64,000 nt of DNA from a virus: positions 29,965 through 93,964 of the IMG/VR virus record IMGVR_UViG_3300025647_000019, one strand, 5' to 3'. Under the pieces are notes generated by a model. It did not search any database and was not told the DNA's origin. It worked only from the letters and a program-made list of their open reading frames with translations. The position numbers and the translations under genes were made by a program. Numbering within the stretch: the first letter of the stretch is position 1; the number at the start of each line of letters is the position of its first letter. Below are positions 8,941 through 18,920 of this stretch, in pieces.

Positions 8941-11025
8941 ATGGCTGATAATAATATTATGAGCAATCAAGAGAATTTTTTAAAGGGATTTTCTAGTTCC
9001 GTAACTAAAATGAGTGGAGCTATAGCTTCTTTTGTAGCAGGAGTTGATGCTTTTAATAGTGGAAATTTTGAATTTGTTAGTATGTTAGAAAAATGGGGAA
9101 AAACTTTTTCATTTACTAATATAATTTTAACTCTTGAAAAAATGACCCGAGAATATAATGATGCTCGTCTTGAATTAGCTAAAACTTTTGGTGTTTATGG
9201 TGAACGAAGAACTGGATTGATGAGCATCCTTCAAGATGAACGACAAGAATTTATAAGATATGGAATAGGATTAAATGAATCTTTAGAAACAACTCTAGCT
9301 TTATCAGATAAATTTGGCTCTATTGATTTTGTTACTTCACAGCAAGGTTTAATTTCAACAACAGCTTTAATATCCAAATCATTTAATGTTTCTGCTGAAG
9401 CTGCTGCAGAATTAACTTCCCAATTTGCCTTATTTGCCGGTAGAGATGCTTTAGAAATCAAAGATACTATGGAATATATGGCAACAATGGCTGATGCAGC
9501 TGGAGTTTCTACTTCTGCTGTATTTGAAAATATGAAAAGTGCTGCTAATGTCATGTATCTTTTCAATCTTCAAGGGGCTAATGCAGATAAAAAAATGGCA
9601 GATCTAGCAGTATTTGCTACTGGAATTGGTTTAGATCTTGGTTCTGCAACTACAGCTTTAAAAGCTATGAGGGATCCCATGAATGCTATAAAAGCTTCGG
9701 CTGAATTAGCTAGAGTGGGAATTATGACTACGAGTACGGAATTAATGTCCATGTCTTTTGGAGGACCAGAAGCTCAACAATCAGGTTTGATAAACCTTCT
9801 TTCCCAATTACAAGGATTTGATCCTGCAATCCAAGCACAACAATTTGAAGTAATTGCGGATAAATTGGGACAATCTCCGGAACAAATAGCTAAGTCCTTT
9901 GAAAGAATGGAAAAAGTTGGATTTAATAAATTAATCGCTGGTGATGCTGAAGCTCTTAAAGAATTAGAAAACATGGCAGAAGCAAGTATGGGATTTACTG
10001 CAAGATTAGATGCTTTAATGAAGAGTTTATTTACAGCATTAGATCCTATTGCTACAATGGTTTTCCCTGCTTTAGATGCAGTTTTTAAATGGCTAGCAGA
10101 ACATGTTAAAATTACTAGGGGAATAGCAATAGCAGTTACAGGTATATTTTTACTTCAAAAAAGTCAAGCAGTTAGAAAAGCCGTTGGAGGAGCATTTTCG
10201 GGAGCAGCTCAAACCTTATTATTAAAAGGAATGGATCAAAGGGGGGGAACTGGATCTGTTTCGGGATGGTTAGCTGATAGATTTTTTCCTGCTGCTTCTA
10301 TATCAGCACCTTCAACCCCTTCAGCACCAACTACACCGGGCGGTCCGGGTTTTGGGGGTATTACAGGAAAAGACCTTATGCAAGGAGCAGCAGGAGTATT
10401 AATAATGGCCGGAGCATTATTTGTTATGGCTAAATCTTTTCAAGAATTTGAAAAATTAGATAATGGTTGGGAAACATTTGGTTTAGCCGCAGCTTCAATT
10501 GCTGCTCTTGGATTAATAACTGCTGGATTAGGTTTAATTGCTACTCCATTAATGGCCGGAGGAGCAGCTTTAGCTGCTGCTTCTGTCGGATTTGCCGTTT
10601 TTGGATGGGCAATGGGAATTTTTTCTAATGGTATTTCACCTTTATTGGGATATGGAGAAGATTTAGCTTTAATTGGAAAAGGCCTTATGAGTATATTTGG
10701 GGCTATAGCTTTAATGCCTATTGCTACAGTTGGGGGACTTATAGGTAGCATTTTCGGCGGAACTTCTACAATGATTCGTCCATTAGAAGAACTTTTACAA
10801 TTTGCACAAAATGATTTAACACCACTTAAAGAGTTAGGTGAAGTTCTAACTAAAATTAGTCTAGCAATGGAATCAATTTCAGATTCACAATTATCAGGAC
10901 TTCAAGCCGATATTAATACTGCCGGTCGAGGTGGGGGAGTACCATTACAAAATAATATTCGAATTGATTTAGATGGTAGAAAATTATGGGATAGTATGTA
11001 CGAATCAAAAGCAGGTAAGAAATAA
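8941..11025 (+). CDS. Tape measure protein
   Basis: Long Ala/Gly-rich helical protein with hydrophobic repeats and C-terminal IDLDGRKL; ATG 8941 has an AAGGA RBS. Confidence 0.85.
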   Translation: MADNNIMSNQENFLKGFSSSVTKMSGAIASFVAGVDAFNSGNFEFVSMLEKWGKTFSFTNIILTLEKMTREYNDARLELAKTFGVYGERRTGLMSILQDERQEFIRYGIGLNESLETTLALSDKFGSIDFVTSQQGLISTTALISKSFNVSAEAAAELTSQFALFAGRDALEIKDTMEYMATMADAAGVSTSAVFENMKSAANVMYLFNLQGANADKKMADLAVFATGIGLDLGSATTALKAMRDPMNAIKASAELARVGIMTTSTELMSMSFGGPEAQQSGLINLLSQLQGFDPAIQAQQFEVIADKLGQSPEQIAKSFERMEKVGFNKLIAGDAEALKELENMAEASMGFTARLDALMKSLFTALDPIATMVFPALDAVFKWLAEHVKITRGIAIAVTGIFLLQKSQAVRKAVGGAFSGAAQTLLLKGMDQRGGTGSVSGWLADRFFPAASISAPSTPSAPTTPGGPGFGGITGKDLMQGAAGVLIMAGALFVMAKSFQEFEKLDNGWETFGLAAASIAALGLITAGLGLIATPLMAGGAALAAASVGFAVFGWAMGIFSNGISPLLGYGEDLALIGKGLMSIFGAIALMPIATVGGLIGSIFGGTSTMIRPLEELLQFAQNDLTPLKELGEVLTKISLAMESISDSQLSGLQADINTAGRGGGVPLQNNIRIDLDGRKLWDSMYESKAGKK

Positions 11026-12182
11026 TGAAAAAAATTCCTTGGACAAAATATAATGAATATGTTGGACAATCTAGACTAAAAAGTAAAATAGACGAGATTA
11101 ATAAATTTGAATCTACTTATGATATCACTGCTGAATCAGAAAGAGAATATGAAAGACAAAGGGCTTTGAATAAAAGTAATGCAGTAAAAAATGCTGTAGA
11201 AGCTCTTTATGAAAAAGGAGCAACGGCAGTAGAGAATTTTGCATTTAATAGTGCAAAATCTGTTTTATTTGGTGGAGGACAAATTCCGGGAATTACGGGA
11301 AGTCTTCCCGATGCTTCTACTCTTCTTCCCCCAAGAGCAGTTGGACCACTTGAAGAAATGCCTTATGCAACTTTATTTACTGATTCAATTATGCTTCAAA
11401 ATGTAGTGTCAAAAACAATGATAGCTGCTGAGCATAGACTCAAAGCTAAATTAGCAACACATAAAACAGCTGATGGAATTGCTCCAAACAAATGGTATAA
11501 AGAACCTGGACTTCAATCTCCAGCAGATTTTTTCGATATAAACAGATTTACTTTTGCTATTCGAAATAAAGCATATACATATACAACTGTAAATCCTCCC
11601 CCGGGAGTATATCAAGATCCAAATGGAATATATCAAGCATTTCCTGCATATATTAAAACTTTTAATGAAAATCTTGGAGCTACTTGGGATGCAGTTCATT
11701 TTATAAATGCAACTGAAGACAAATATATTTATCAAAAAGGGGATAGAAGTTTTACTCTTGAGTTTATTTTATTTGCAACTCATGCCTCAGATTTAGAAAG
11801 TTCAACAATTGAACTTGAACAAAGTAGAACTAATAATGCTATGGGGATTCCAGATATAAAATTTTATAGTTTGTTTAGTGCTTATGAATTGGAATTTGCT
11901 TTGGAATTTTTAAACAAATTAATAAGACCTAAAATTGTAAATGATGTTATAACTGAAGTTCCTTTCTGTGAGTTAACCCTTGGAAATATGTTCAATAAGC
12001 AAAAATGTATTTTCGATGGGGTTTCCTTAAATTATGATCTACTTTGGGATTTGAATATGGAAAGTCCCGGCTATTTAAAACCTAAAATGGTTGAAGTTAC
12101 TTTAACCGGTAAATTCCTTCATGACAATCCTTCTACAGATACAAGATATTATGCTATTAATTCGAAGGCGGTATCCTCTTGA
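11025..12182 (+). CDS. Baseplate / tube-initiator-like protein
   Basis: FPAYI..F.E...ATW, YIYQ..DRSFTLEF, P.CELTLGNMF motifs; synteny after tape measure. Confidence 0.6.
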   Translation: MKKIPWTKYNEYVGQSRLKSKIDEINKFESTYDITAESEREYERQRALNKSNAVKNAVEALYEKGATAVENFAFNSAKSVLFGGGQIPGITGSLPDASTLLPPRAVGPLEEMPYATLFTDSIMLQNVVSKTMIAAEHRLKAKLATHKTADGIAPNKWYKEPGLQSPADFFDINRFTFAIRNKAYTYTTVNPPPGVYQDPNGIYQAFPAYIKTFNENLGATWDAVHFINATEDKYIYQKGDRSFTLEFILFATHASDLESSTIELEQSRTNNAMGIPDIKFYSLFSAYELEFALEFLNKLIRPKIVNDVITEVPFCELTLGNMFNKQKCIFDGVSLNYDLLWDLNMESPGYLKPKMVEVTLTGKFLHDNPSTDTRYYAINSKAVSS

Positions 12183-12427
12183 TTAACAAATATAAATCAA
12201 ATATCGATTTTACAAAAAAAATAAATAGAAGAGAAACAGATGTTTATATCGAAATAAATGATCAAGATAGGTTTGATCGTATTTCATATAGAGCGTATGG
12301 GGATCCTCAATATTGGTGGTTGATTCTTCAAGCAAATGGATATCAAATTGAATTTGATGTTGAAGCGGGAGAATTAATTCGAATTCCATATCCCTTATCT
12401 GCTGCTTTATCTGATATAGAGGTTTAA
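12179..12427 (+). CDS. LysM-like baseplate protein (gp53/gpX-like)
   Basis: DRFDRISYRAYGDPQYWWLILQAN..G.LIRIP. Confidence 0.8.
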   Translation: MINKYKSNIDFTKKINRRETDVYIEINDQDRFDRISYRAYGDPQYWWLILQANGYQIEFDVEAGELIRIPYPLSAALSDIEV

Positions 12428-12428
12428 A

Positions 12429-14156
12429 ATGAGAATAGAAGGTCTCTTAAATTCTTCGTATGTTCGACTATGGTATACTAATCCCGACTTAGATCAAGAA
12501 AATAAATATATCATTGGAACTGATCCTGAAAGACCAGTAAAAAGTAGAATTGAAACTCTTGGAGGAGGAATTAAAGATTTCACTGTTAAAGTGGAAGGTC
12601 AAAATATTATAGTTTCTACAGTATTTGTTGTTCCCTTTCAAACTTTAAATTTATCCCAAGATCCAGATTTGAATAATGAAATTGAAAATTTATTTAATTT
12701 GAATAATACTTGGGGAGCTCAACTCGGAAGAGGTGAGAAAAATGATTTTTGTTGGATTCCAAATTTAAGAGTTGGTGAATCCCAAATTGAATATTCAACA
12801 AGTATTAGAGGAATTGAAATTTCTTTAACTCTTCATGGGGCTCTTTTTTCTCTTTTGAATTATATTAAATTATCCAATCTAAAAAAATATGATATACAAT
12901 ATGGGAGAAATTCTTTTTCTGAAGATAATTTAATTGATCCTTCCTTAGGATTTATAACATTAAGAAATGTTGTAACTGCTATTTTGAATTCTTGTAAAAG
13001 ATATATTGCTTTGTCTTCAGCAGAAAGATTGGCTATTAATGACCCAACCTTTGTACCTCCTCCAATTATTGAAACTCCTGATTTACCTTTCTTTCAGAAT
13101 GAAAATGTTCCTTTACCCCCTGGTGTAGAACTTCCTCCTGCTCCGCCAATTAATTCGGAGAATTTACCAGCAGATCAATTGGAAAAATTAAGGGTATATG
13201 AAGAGGAAGATGCAATATTAGGGGCTACTCCTGATTTAATTCCTTCATTTTCTGATTTAAGAAAAATTATTGTAGCAAAAACCCCTGAAGAAGGATTAGA
13301 AGTTTATAATAAATCTTGGAATGGAAAATTAATTAAAACAAATAATCTTAAAAAGCTTTATGAAGAATTAAGTGCAAATGATAGAACTTCTGTTCAAGCT
13401 TATTTGTCAGCTTTATTAAATGAAAAAGCTTTACAAATGGTTCCTGCTCCCCAAATTTCAGTTAAAAGGTCCGGACTGTCTATATTAGTAATACCAATTG
13501 GGGCTATTCAGGGAGCCGGGTTTTCGGAATTTGAAGTAAAAGAAGATGGTCAAATTTCAGACAAATATAATAGTTCAGATTATTCAGATGAATATTTTAA
13601 TTTACAAAAGGTCGGAAATGTGGTATTATCAGTTCAGGCTAGTACAAATAAAGGTGAGCAAACTCTTGCTTCAATCTCTCAAGCAAAAAGACTGGCTGAA
13701 AATGATGCAGCAGATCAAGAACTTAGTATTTACAATTTCTTAGAAAAAACTTCTAAAGAGATTACTGTTGAAATGATCGGAGCCCCAAAATTAACTTATT
13801 ATGATAATGTTAATATAGAATTTTTGAGTTCGGTTTTTACTGGTAACTATAAAATTATTTCTTTCACTCATAAAGTAAATGGAAACCAATTTACAACTGA
13901 ATTCGAAGCTATCAGGCTTGAAAAAGGAATTTCATCTTCTGCAAATAATGCTGCCGCAGATGAAATTTCAAAGGAAAAAAGAAAAAAAGAATTTGAAGAA
14001 GGATTAAATTTCTTTGAAAGAATGTTTGGAAAGTTGGATACCTCAGAAATAAATATTATCCCTGAGGGTCAAACAATGACAGAAGCAGCAGAACAACTTA
14101 GAAATGAGACTGGTTCGGGTTTACCTTATAATCGGTGGAGAAGAGATTCGAATTAA
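12429..14156 (+). CDS. Baseplate hub protein (gpD/gp27-like)
   Basis: C-terminal VEMIGAP...TGNYKIISFTHKV...FTTEF motif; Pro-rich insert. Confidence 0.6.
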   Translation: MRIEGLLNSSYVRLWYTNPDLDQENKYIIGTDPERPVKSRIETLGGGIKDFTVKVEGQNIIVSTVFVVPFQTLNLSQDPDLNNEIENLFNLNNTWGAQLGRGEKNDFCWIPNLRVGESQIEYSTSIRGIEISLTLHGALFSLLNYIKLSNLKKYDIQYGRNSFSEDNLIDPSLGFITLRNVVTAILNSCKRYIALSSAERLAINDPTFVPPPIIETPDLPFFQNENVPLPPGVELPPAPPINSENLPADQLEKLRVYEEEDAILGATPDLIPSFSDLRKIIVAKTPEEGLEVYNKSWNGKLIKTNNLKKLYEELSANDRTSVQAYLSALLNEKALQMVPAPQISVKRSGLSILVIPIGAIQGAGFSEFEVKEDGQISDKYNSSDYSDEYFNLQKVGNVVLSVQASTNKGEQTLASISQAKRLAENDAADQELSIYNFLEKTSKEITVEMIGAPKLTYYDNVNIEFLSSVFTGNYKIISFTHKVNGNQFTTEFEAIRLEKGISSSANNAAADEISKEKRKKEFEEGLNFFERMFGKLDTSEINIIPEGQTMTEAAEQLRNETGSGLPYNRWRRDSN

Positions 14157-14171
14157 AAGGGGGATTATCCC

Positions 14172-14915
14172 ATGGTTATTTGTAATATTGTTTATGACAA
14201 GAAAGACGATTGTCTTCAGAAGTATCTTGATCTTCCATTTATTAATGCTGCAGATAAACATTGGAAAGTTAAAAGAAATATTCCAACGCTAATTTATGGA
14301 TTTAAATTAGCAAAAGAATTATATCCAAATGAAATTGATCCTCATAATAATTGCATCAGAACTAATGGTCTTTTAAATTGGTCGTATAGCATTGAAGAAT
14401 TTGAAAATAAATGTTGGCTTGATTCTTGGATTACACAATCCATTGAAAAACATTTAAGGTGTGTTCCGAATAATATTGATGTTATTTTTAATAAATCTTT
14501 TGAATTGAAAGCTTTTTTGGAAAAAATAGATCCTTTTCCTCTTGTCCATGCAGGTAAACATGAAATTTACATTGCAGAAAAAAGGGATTGGGATAATGCT
14601 TGTATTATTCATTCCTTTCAAATGGACAATCTGACTTATGCTGGAATTGATCCAGAAACTTTCTATTACGAATTGTTGAATTATTTCGAAAATAGATGTG
14701 TAGTTCTTTCTACAAATGACATTGATTTTACTAGAATAAAAAATACTCCGATCTCATTTCAAGATTTATCTTTGGCTAGTCAAAATGAATCTATAGATAT
14801 TCAAAAGATAATCAGAACATTTTCTTCGTTTATTCCTCTTTCAAAAGAAATGGTTCTTACTTATTTTCTGAAACATGACCTTTATTCTAAGACCCTTTTT
14901 CACAGTTTTTTATGA
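14172..14915 (+). CDS. Hypothetical protein upstream of mini-PolA
   Basis: 247-aa ORF; no motif recognised with confidence. Confidence 0.5.
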   Translation: MVICNIVYDKKDDCLQKYLDLPFINAADKHWKVKRNIPTLIYGFKLAKELYPNEIDPHNNCIRTNGLLNWSYSIEEFENKCWLDSWITQSIEKHLRCVPNNIDVIFNKSFELKAFLEKIDPFPLVHAGKHEIYIAEKRDWDNACIIHSFQMDNLTYAGIDPETFYYELLNYFENRCVVLSTNDIDFTRIKNTPISFQDLSLASQNESIDIQKIIRTFSSFIPLSKEMVLTYFLKHDLYSKTLFHSFL

Positions 14916-14958
14916 TTTAAATCTTTGTCCATACTATAGTCCGTAGGAAAGAACTAAA

Positions 14959-15903
14959 TTGAGTACAGACAAAAAAAATGAAGAAAAACATATGGTTTTT
15001 AAGGAGAACGTATCAATGAATGATACCAAAAGACATTATGATAGATTAATTGCTGCTTCTAAGGCAGAACAGATCTTGGGTAAGAGTAAAATTTATGTAA
15101 ATGTCCCGGCTTTGAAGATCATAAATAAGCTTAGACCAACAAAAGAACGAAATCAATATCTGATTAATTCTATTGATACAGGATATATTCAAACCAAATA
15201 TAGTTCTAAAGATAAGATTACTGCTAGGATGTTTACTACTCCCGGGAATTTAAATCTAATCACTCTTTCAGATGAGGATATTTTAAATTGTATTGTTTCA
15301 AAATATGGAAGAGAAGGTATTTTAGTTGAATTGGATTTTAAACAATTCGAACCGACAATTATGTCAAAGCTTATAGGATACTCATTTGATGGGGACATTC
15401 ACACAATAGTAAGTAAAAAATTAAAAATGACTCGTAATGATGCTAAAATATTAAACAATGCTTATTTTTATGGAGCATCAGAAGAAACTATCAACCAAAA
15501 ATTTTATGTAGGGGGGGATATAAAGGATTATCTTGATATGATGGAGGACTTTAATAATGCAAAAGATAAATTTTTAGAACCCCATTTAGAAATGTATGAA
15601 AAAAATGGATATATTATTAATCCTTATGGAAGAAAAGTGTTTCCAAGAGAAAAAAGAAATATATTTAATAACATGATACAATCTACTGGTTCTGATATCC
15701 TGATTGATACTATCATCAAATTAAATCAAGAAAACTTAAATGTAATCTTACACCGATTTGATTCTTTATTTTTTGATTTAAAGAAATTAAATATATATTT
15801 AGAATTAGAGGAAATAATTACTATAATGACTGAGAATAATTATAACTTAGAGGTCTCAGTTTTAGTGGGAAAGAATTTAAATAAACTTAAGAAACTCAAT
15901 TAA
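14959..15903 (+). CDS. Miniature family A DNA polymerase (palm/fingers only)
   Basis: Motif A DFKQFE, DIH, motif B RNDAKILNNAYFYG, PYGRK, NNMIQSTGSD, motif C LHRFDS. Confidence 0.8.
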   Translation: MSTDKKNEEKHMVFKENVSMNDTKRHYDRLIAASKAEQILGKSKIYVNVPALKIINKLRPTKERNQYLINSIDTGYIQTKYSSKDKITARMFTTPGNLNLITLSDEDILNCIVSKYGREGILVELDFKQFEPTIMSKLIGYSFDGDIHTIVSKKLKMTRNDAKILNNAYFYGASEETINQKFYVGGDIKDYLDMMEDFNNAKDKFLEPHLEMYEKNGYIINPYGRKVFPREKRNIFNNMIQSTGSDILIDTIIKLNQENLNVILHRFDSLFFDLKKLNIYLELEEIITIMTENNYNLEVSVLVGKNLNKLKKLN

Positions 15904-15906
15904 AAT

Positions 15907-16302
15907 ATGAAATCAATACTTCTATTGTCGTTTATAAACAAAGACCAAATCTATTTAGCATTAGATAAAATATCCGAAACTTTAAATATAAAAAAAAGTC
16001 AAATTTTTGTATTTAAAATCCAGGATACTGAAGAATTGATTGTAACTTATAATTTAAATCCAAATTATACCAATATTAAATTTAATTCAATTTGGCCAAA
16101 TACTATTTCTATTCACAGAAAAAAACAAACTAATACATTATATTCTTTAAATGCTATGAACGAACTTATTAAGAAAAAAAATGGTGGGGTTTTTAAAAAA
16201 GAATATGCTCTTCATTGGGAAGATTTTAAAAATTCTTTAATGATAATTAAAAACGGGAAACTTAAAATTCTAAAAATTCAACTTGTCAAAATAAACCAAT
16301 AA
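15907..16302 (+). CDS. Conserved phage protein (HRKKxTNTLYxxNA motif)
   Basis: Motif recalled from replication modules of large phages; function unknown. Confidence 0.55.
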   Translation: MKSILLLSFINKDQIYLALDKISETLNIKKSQIFVFKIQDTEELIVTYNLNPNYTNIKFNSIWPNTISIHRKKQTNTLYSLNAMNELIKKKNGGVFKKEYALHWEDFKNSLMIIKNGKLKILKIQLVKINQ

Positions 16303-16309
16303 AAAAAGA

Positions 16310-16338
16310 TTTACAAATTCCAAACAACGTGTTAAAAT
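16310..16338 (+). promoter_or_regulatory. sigma70-like promoter TTTACA-17-TAAAAT with extended -10 TG
   Basis: Exact 17-bp spacer; upstream of SSB. Confidence 0.65.
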
Positions 16339-16418
16339 AGGGCACGTTTACAACAGTGGTAATATTGCCACAACTCAACGTACAGCGATCAGCGGTACAA
16401 CTTTATAGGAGGTCCAAT

Positions 16419-17219
16419 ATGGACATAAAAGCACTCAAAGAAAAACTAAACAAACTTCAATCTCAAAACAAAAGCGGCGGATCAAATATTTTTCTTAAGC
16501 AAACTGAAGAGCCACAGATGATTCGAATTCTACCTTATCCTCACAATCCGGATAAAGATCCATATATTGAAATCTATTGGCATTATGATATTGCTGGCTA
16601 TAGATCTATTTTCTGTCCTCAGGAAAATCTTGGCGAGCCATGTCCCATTTGTAAATTGTCAGCAGAATTTCTTTCAATGGGAGGAAAGGAAAATTGGAAG
16701 ATTCATAAACAACTAGAAGCAAAAATTCGTACTTATTCCCCCGTAATTGTTCGGGGTAGAGAAGAAGAACTAGGGGTTAAGCTTTATGGTTATGGTGTAC
16801 AAATTTATGAGGATCTCTTGACTACTTCAGTTGAAGAAGGGGATATTGCAGATCTTAAAACTGGTCACGATTTAAGTGTCAAGCAAATTCCAGTTGGAGC
16901 GCCAGGAAATGACACTACTTATCCAAAGCCTATTTGCAAGGTTCAATTTAAAGAATCACCAGCACTTGAAGACACTGCTCTTTTGAAAAAGCTTTTGAAG
17001 AGTATTCCTGATTATAAGGAGGATCGAGAAGCCTTTCCCCTTATGACTTATCAAGAGCTATCTGAAATTGTAAATAAGCTTAAAACCGAAGAAGATGAAA
17101 GTTCCTTTGAAGATGATATGGATGATGTTTTTGAGGAAAAGACTGAAAAGCCTAGTACCTCAGTTAAAGCTTCAACCGTTGATATTGATGAACTTGATGC
17201 TCTTCTAGAGGAAGATTAA
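16419..17219 (+). CDS. Single-stranded DNA-binding protein (gp32-like)
   Basis: IRILP, H..C....CPIC zinc motif, GHDL, acidic C-tail; AGGAGG RBS at ATG 16419. Confidence 0.85.
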   Translation: MDIKALKEKLNKLQSQNKSGGSNIFLKQTEEPQMIRILPYPHNPDKDPYIEIYWHYDIAGYRSIFCPQENLGEPCPICKLSAEFLSMGGKENWKIHKQLEAKIRTYSPVIVRGREEELGVKLYGYGVQIYEDLLTTSVEEGDIADLKTGHDLSVKQIPVGAPGNDTTYPKPICKVQFKESPALEDTALLKKLLKSIPDYKEDREAFPLMTYQELSEIVNKLKTEEDESSFEDDMDDVFEEKTEKPSTSVKASTVDIDELDALLEED

Positions 17220-17221
17220 TA

Positions 17222-17563
17222 ATGACTAAAAAAGATAACATCAAGATAATTCGCGGAAGTGGATTTAAAAGTCTTGATGGATCATTAGTTTCGGTTATTT
17301 CTATGGGGGATGACGGTCGATCGACCGTCGTTCCCTATGGTATTGAATGTGTTCCTATTTCTATAGATTCAAGATGTTTGCAGGATGTTGATATCGATAA
17401 AACTTTTTCATATACATTTGAAATTTTAAAATATAATTCAGATGGATCTGGTTATGAAGAACAAAAGTTCTATAAAATTGAAAAAGCTTTAAGAGATGTT
17501 CCTTTAAACACCATTATTGAATACTTAGAAACTCACCTTAAACCAATATTAAAGTTGGAGTAA
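17222..17563 (+). CDS. Hypothetical protein
   Basis: ORF within operon. Confidence 0.45.
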   Translation: MTKKDNIKIIRGSGFKSLDGSLVSVISMGDDGRSTVVPYGIECVPISIDSRCLQDVDIDKTFSYTFEILKYNSDGSGYEEQKFYKIEKALRDVPLNTIIEYLETHLKPILKLE

Positions 17564-17565
17564 AT

Positions 17566-18693
17566 ATGGTAAAAAAAGAAGATTCTTTTGAAGACGAAAT
17601 GATTGATGCTTTATCGTCTTCATTTAAGAAACAAAGTTCAAATGCCAAGGCATCTTATTTGTGGCAATCATCTTCAAACATTAAAGATTATATTTCAACG
17701 GGAAATCCTCTTTTAGATATGTGTTTATCTAATAAGCCCAATGGGGGTTTACCAGTTGGAAGATTGACAGAAATATCAGGAGGGGAAGGTGCTGGTAAAA
17801 CCTTACTTGCATCTTATGTTTTAGCCAATACTCAGAAAAAAGGGGGTATTGGAATTTTTATTGATACAGAGCATGCTGCATCAATGGAAGTTTTAAAAGA
17901 AGTTGGGGTTGATACTGATAAATTAGTATATGTCCAATGTGGCTGTGTTGAAGAAGTTTTTGCTGCTATGGAGACTATTGTTGGAAAAATTGTGGCATCA
18001 GGAGCAGGAAAAGAAAGACCTATAACCATTGTTTGGGATTCAGTTGCAGCCACTTCAACAAAGGCAGAAGTGGAGGGTGATTATGATCAACAAACTATTG
18101 CTATGGCGGCTAGAGTTATATCTAAAGGACTTAGAAAGTATATTCCTCTTTGCAGTGCTCATAATGTTTGCTTGGTATTTTTGAATCAATTAAGAACTAA
18201 TATTAGTAGTTTTGGGCATGCTGAAAAATTCACGACCCCCGGAGGAAAAGCAATTCCATATCATGCTAGTATTAGATTGAGACTTTCTCATTATAAAAAG
18301 ATCAAAGATCCTAAAACAAAGGATGAAATTGGGCGAGAAATTAAATGTGAAGTTAAGAAAAACAAAATTGCTCCCCCTATGAGAACAACATATCATACGA
18401 TTCGTTGGGGTTCAAAACCTGGTGCATGGTTTGATATTGGTGCTACTCTTTGGGAAGCGGGAATTACTTCTGGACTGTTTAATAAAATTTCAGCTCAAAA
18501 ATATGGATTTATAACTTCCGAAGGGGAAGAACTTGAATTTACAAAAAAGGTTTTTAATGATCTAGTTAAAGATAAAAATTTCTACAATGAAGTGGTTAGA
18601 TTATTAGAAGGATATTATATAATTGGACCGGATAATGCTCCAGATCCAGATGAACTAATAAAAGAAGAATCAGATGAAGACGAAGGGATTTAA
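17566..18693 (+). CDS. uvsX: RecA/UvsX recombinase
   Basis: GGLPVGRLTEISGGEGAGKT, IDTEHA, VWDSVAA, NQLR, TPGGKA, KNKIAPP. Confidence 0.95.
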   Translation: MVKKEDSFEDEMIDALSSSFKKQSSNAKASYLWQSSSNIKDYISTGNPLLDMCLSNKPNGGLPVGRLTEISGGEGAGKTLLASYVLANTQKKGGIGIFIDTEHAASMEVLKEVGVDTDKLVYVQCGCVEEVFAAMETIVGKIVASGAGKERPITIVWDSVAATSTKAEVEGDYDQQTIAMAARVISKGLRKYIPLCSAHNVCLVFLNQLRTNISSFGHAEKFTTPGGKAIPYHASIRLRLSHYKKIKDPKTKDEIGREIKCEVKKNKIAPPMRTTYHTIRWGSKPGAWFDIGATLWEAGITSGLFNKISAQKYGFITSEGEELEFTKKVFNDLVKDKNFYNEVVRLLEGYYIIGPDNAPDPDELIKEESDEDEGI

Positions 18694-18695
18694 AT

Positions 18696-18920
18696 ATGAC
18701 AAACTCAAACAAAAACCACAATTTTTTAGTTACATTAAAAATGGATGGAAAGATTATTGCAACACGTAACACGACTGTTACTGAATATAATGACAATGTT
18801 ATATATTCTTTGAGACTAAATCAGCTCATGAATGAAATGTCTGATTTAATTGTTGAAGCTCTTAAAGATAAAAGTATAGATGAAGCCCATCGTCTTCTTA
18901 AGAAGGGACAATACAGTTGA
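18696..18920 (+). CDS. Hypothetical protein
   Basis: Coupled ORF. Confidence 0.45.
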   Translation: MTNSNKNHNFLVTLKMDGKIIATRNTTVTEYNDNVIYSLRLNQLMNEMSDLIVEALKDKSIDEAHRLLKKGQYS

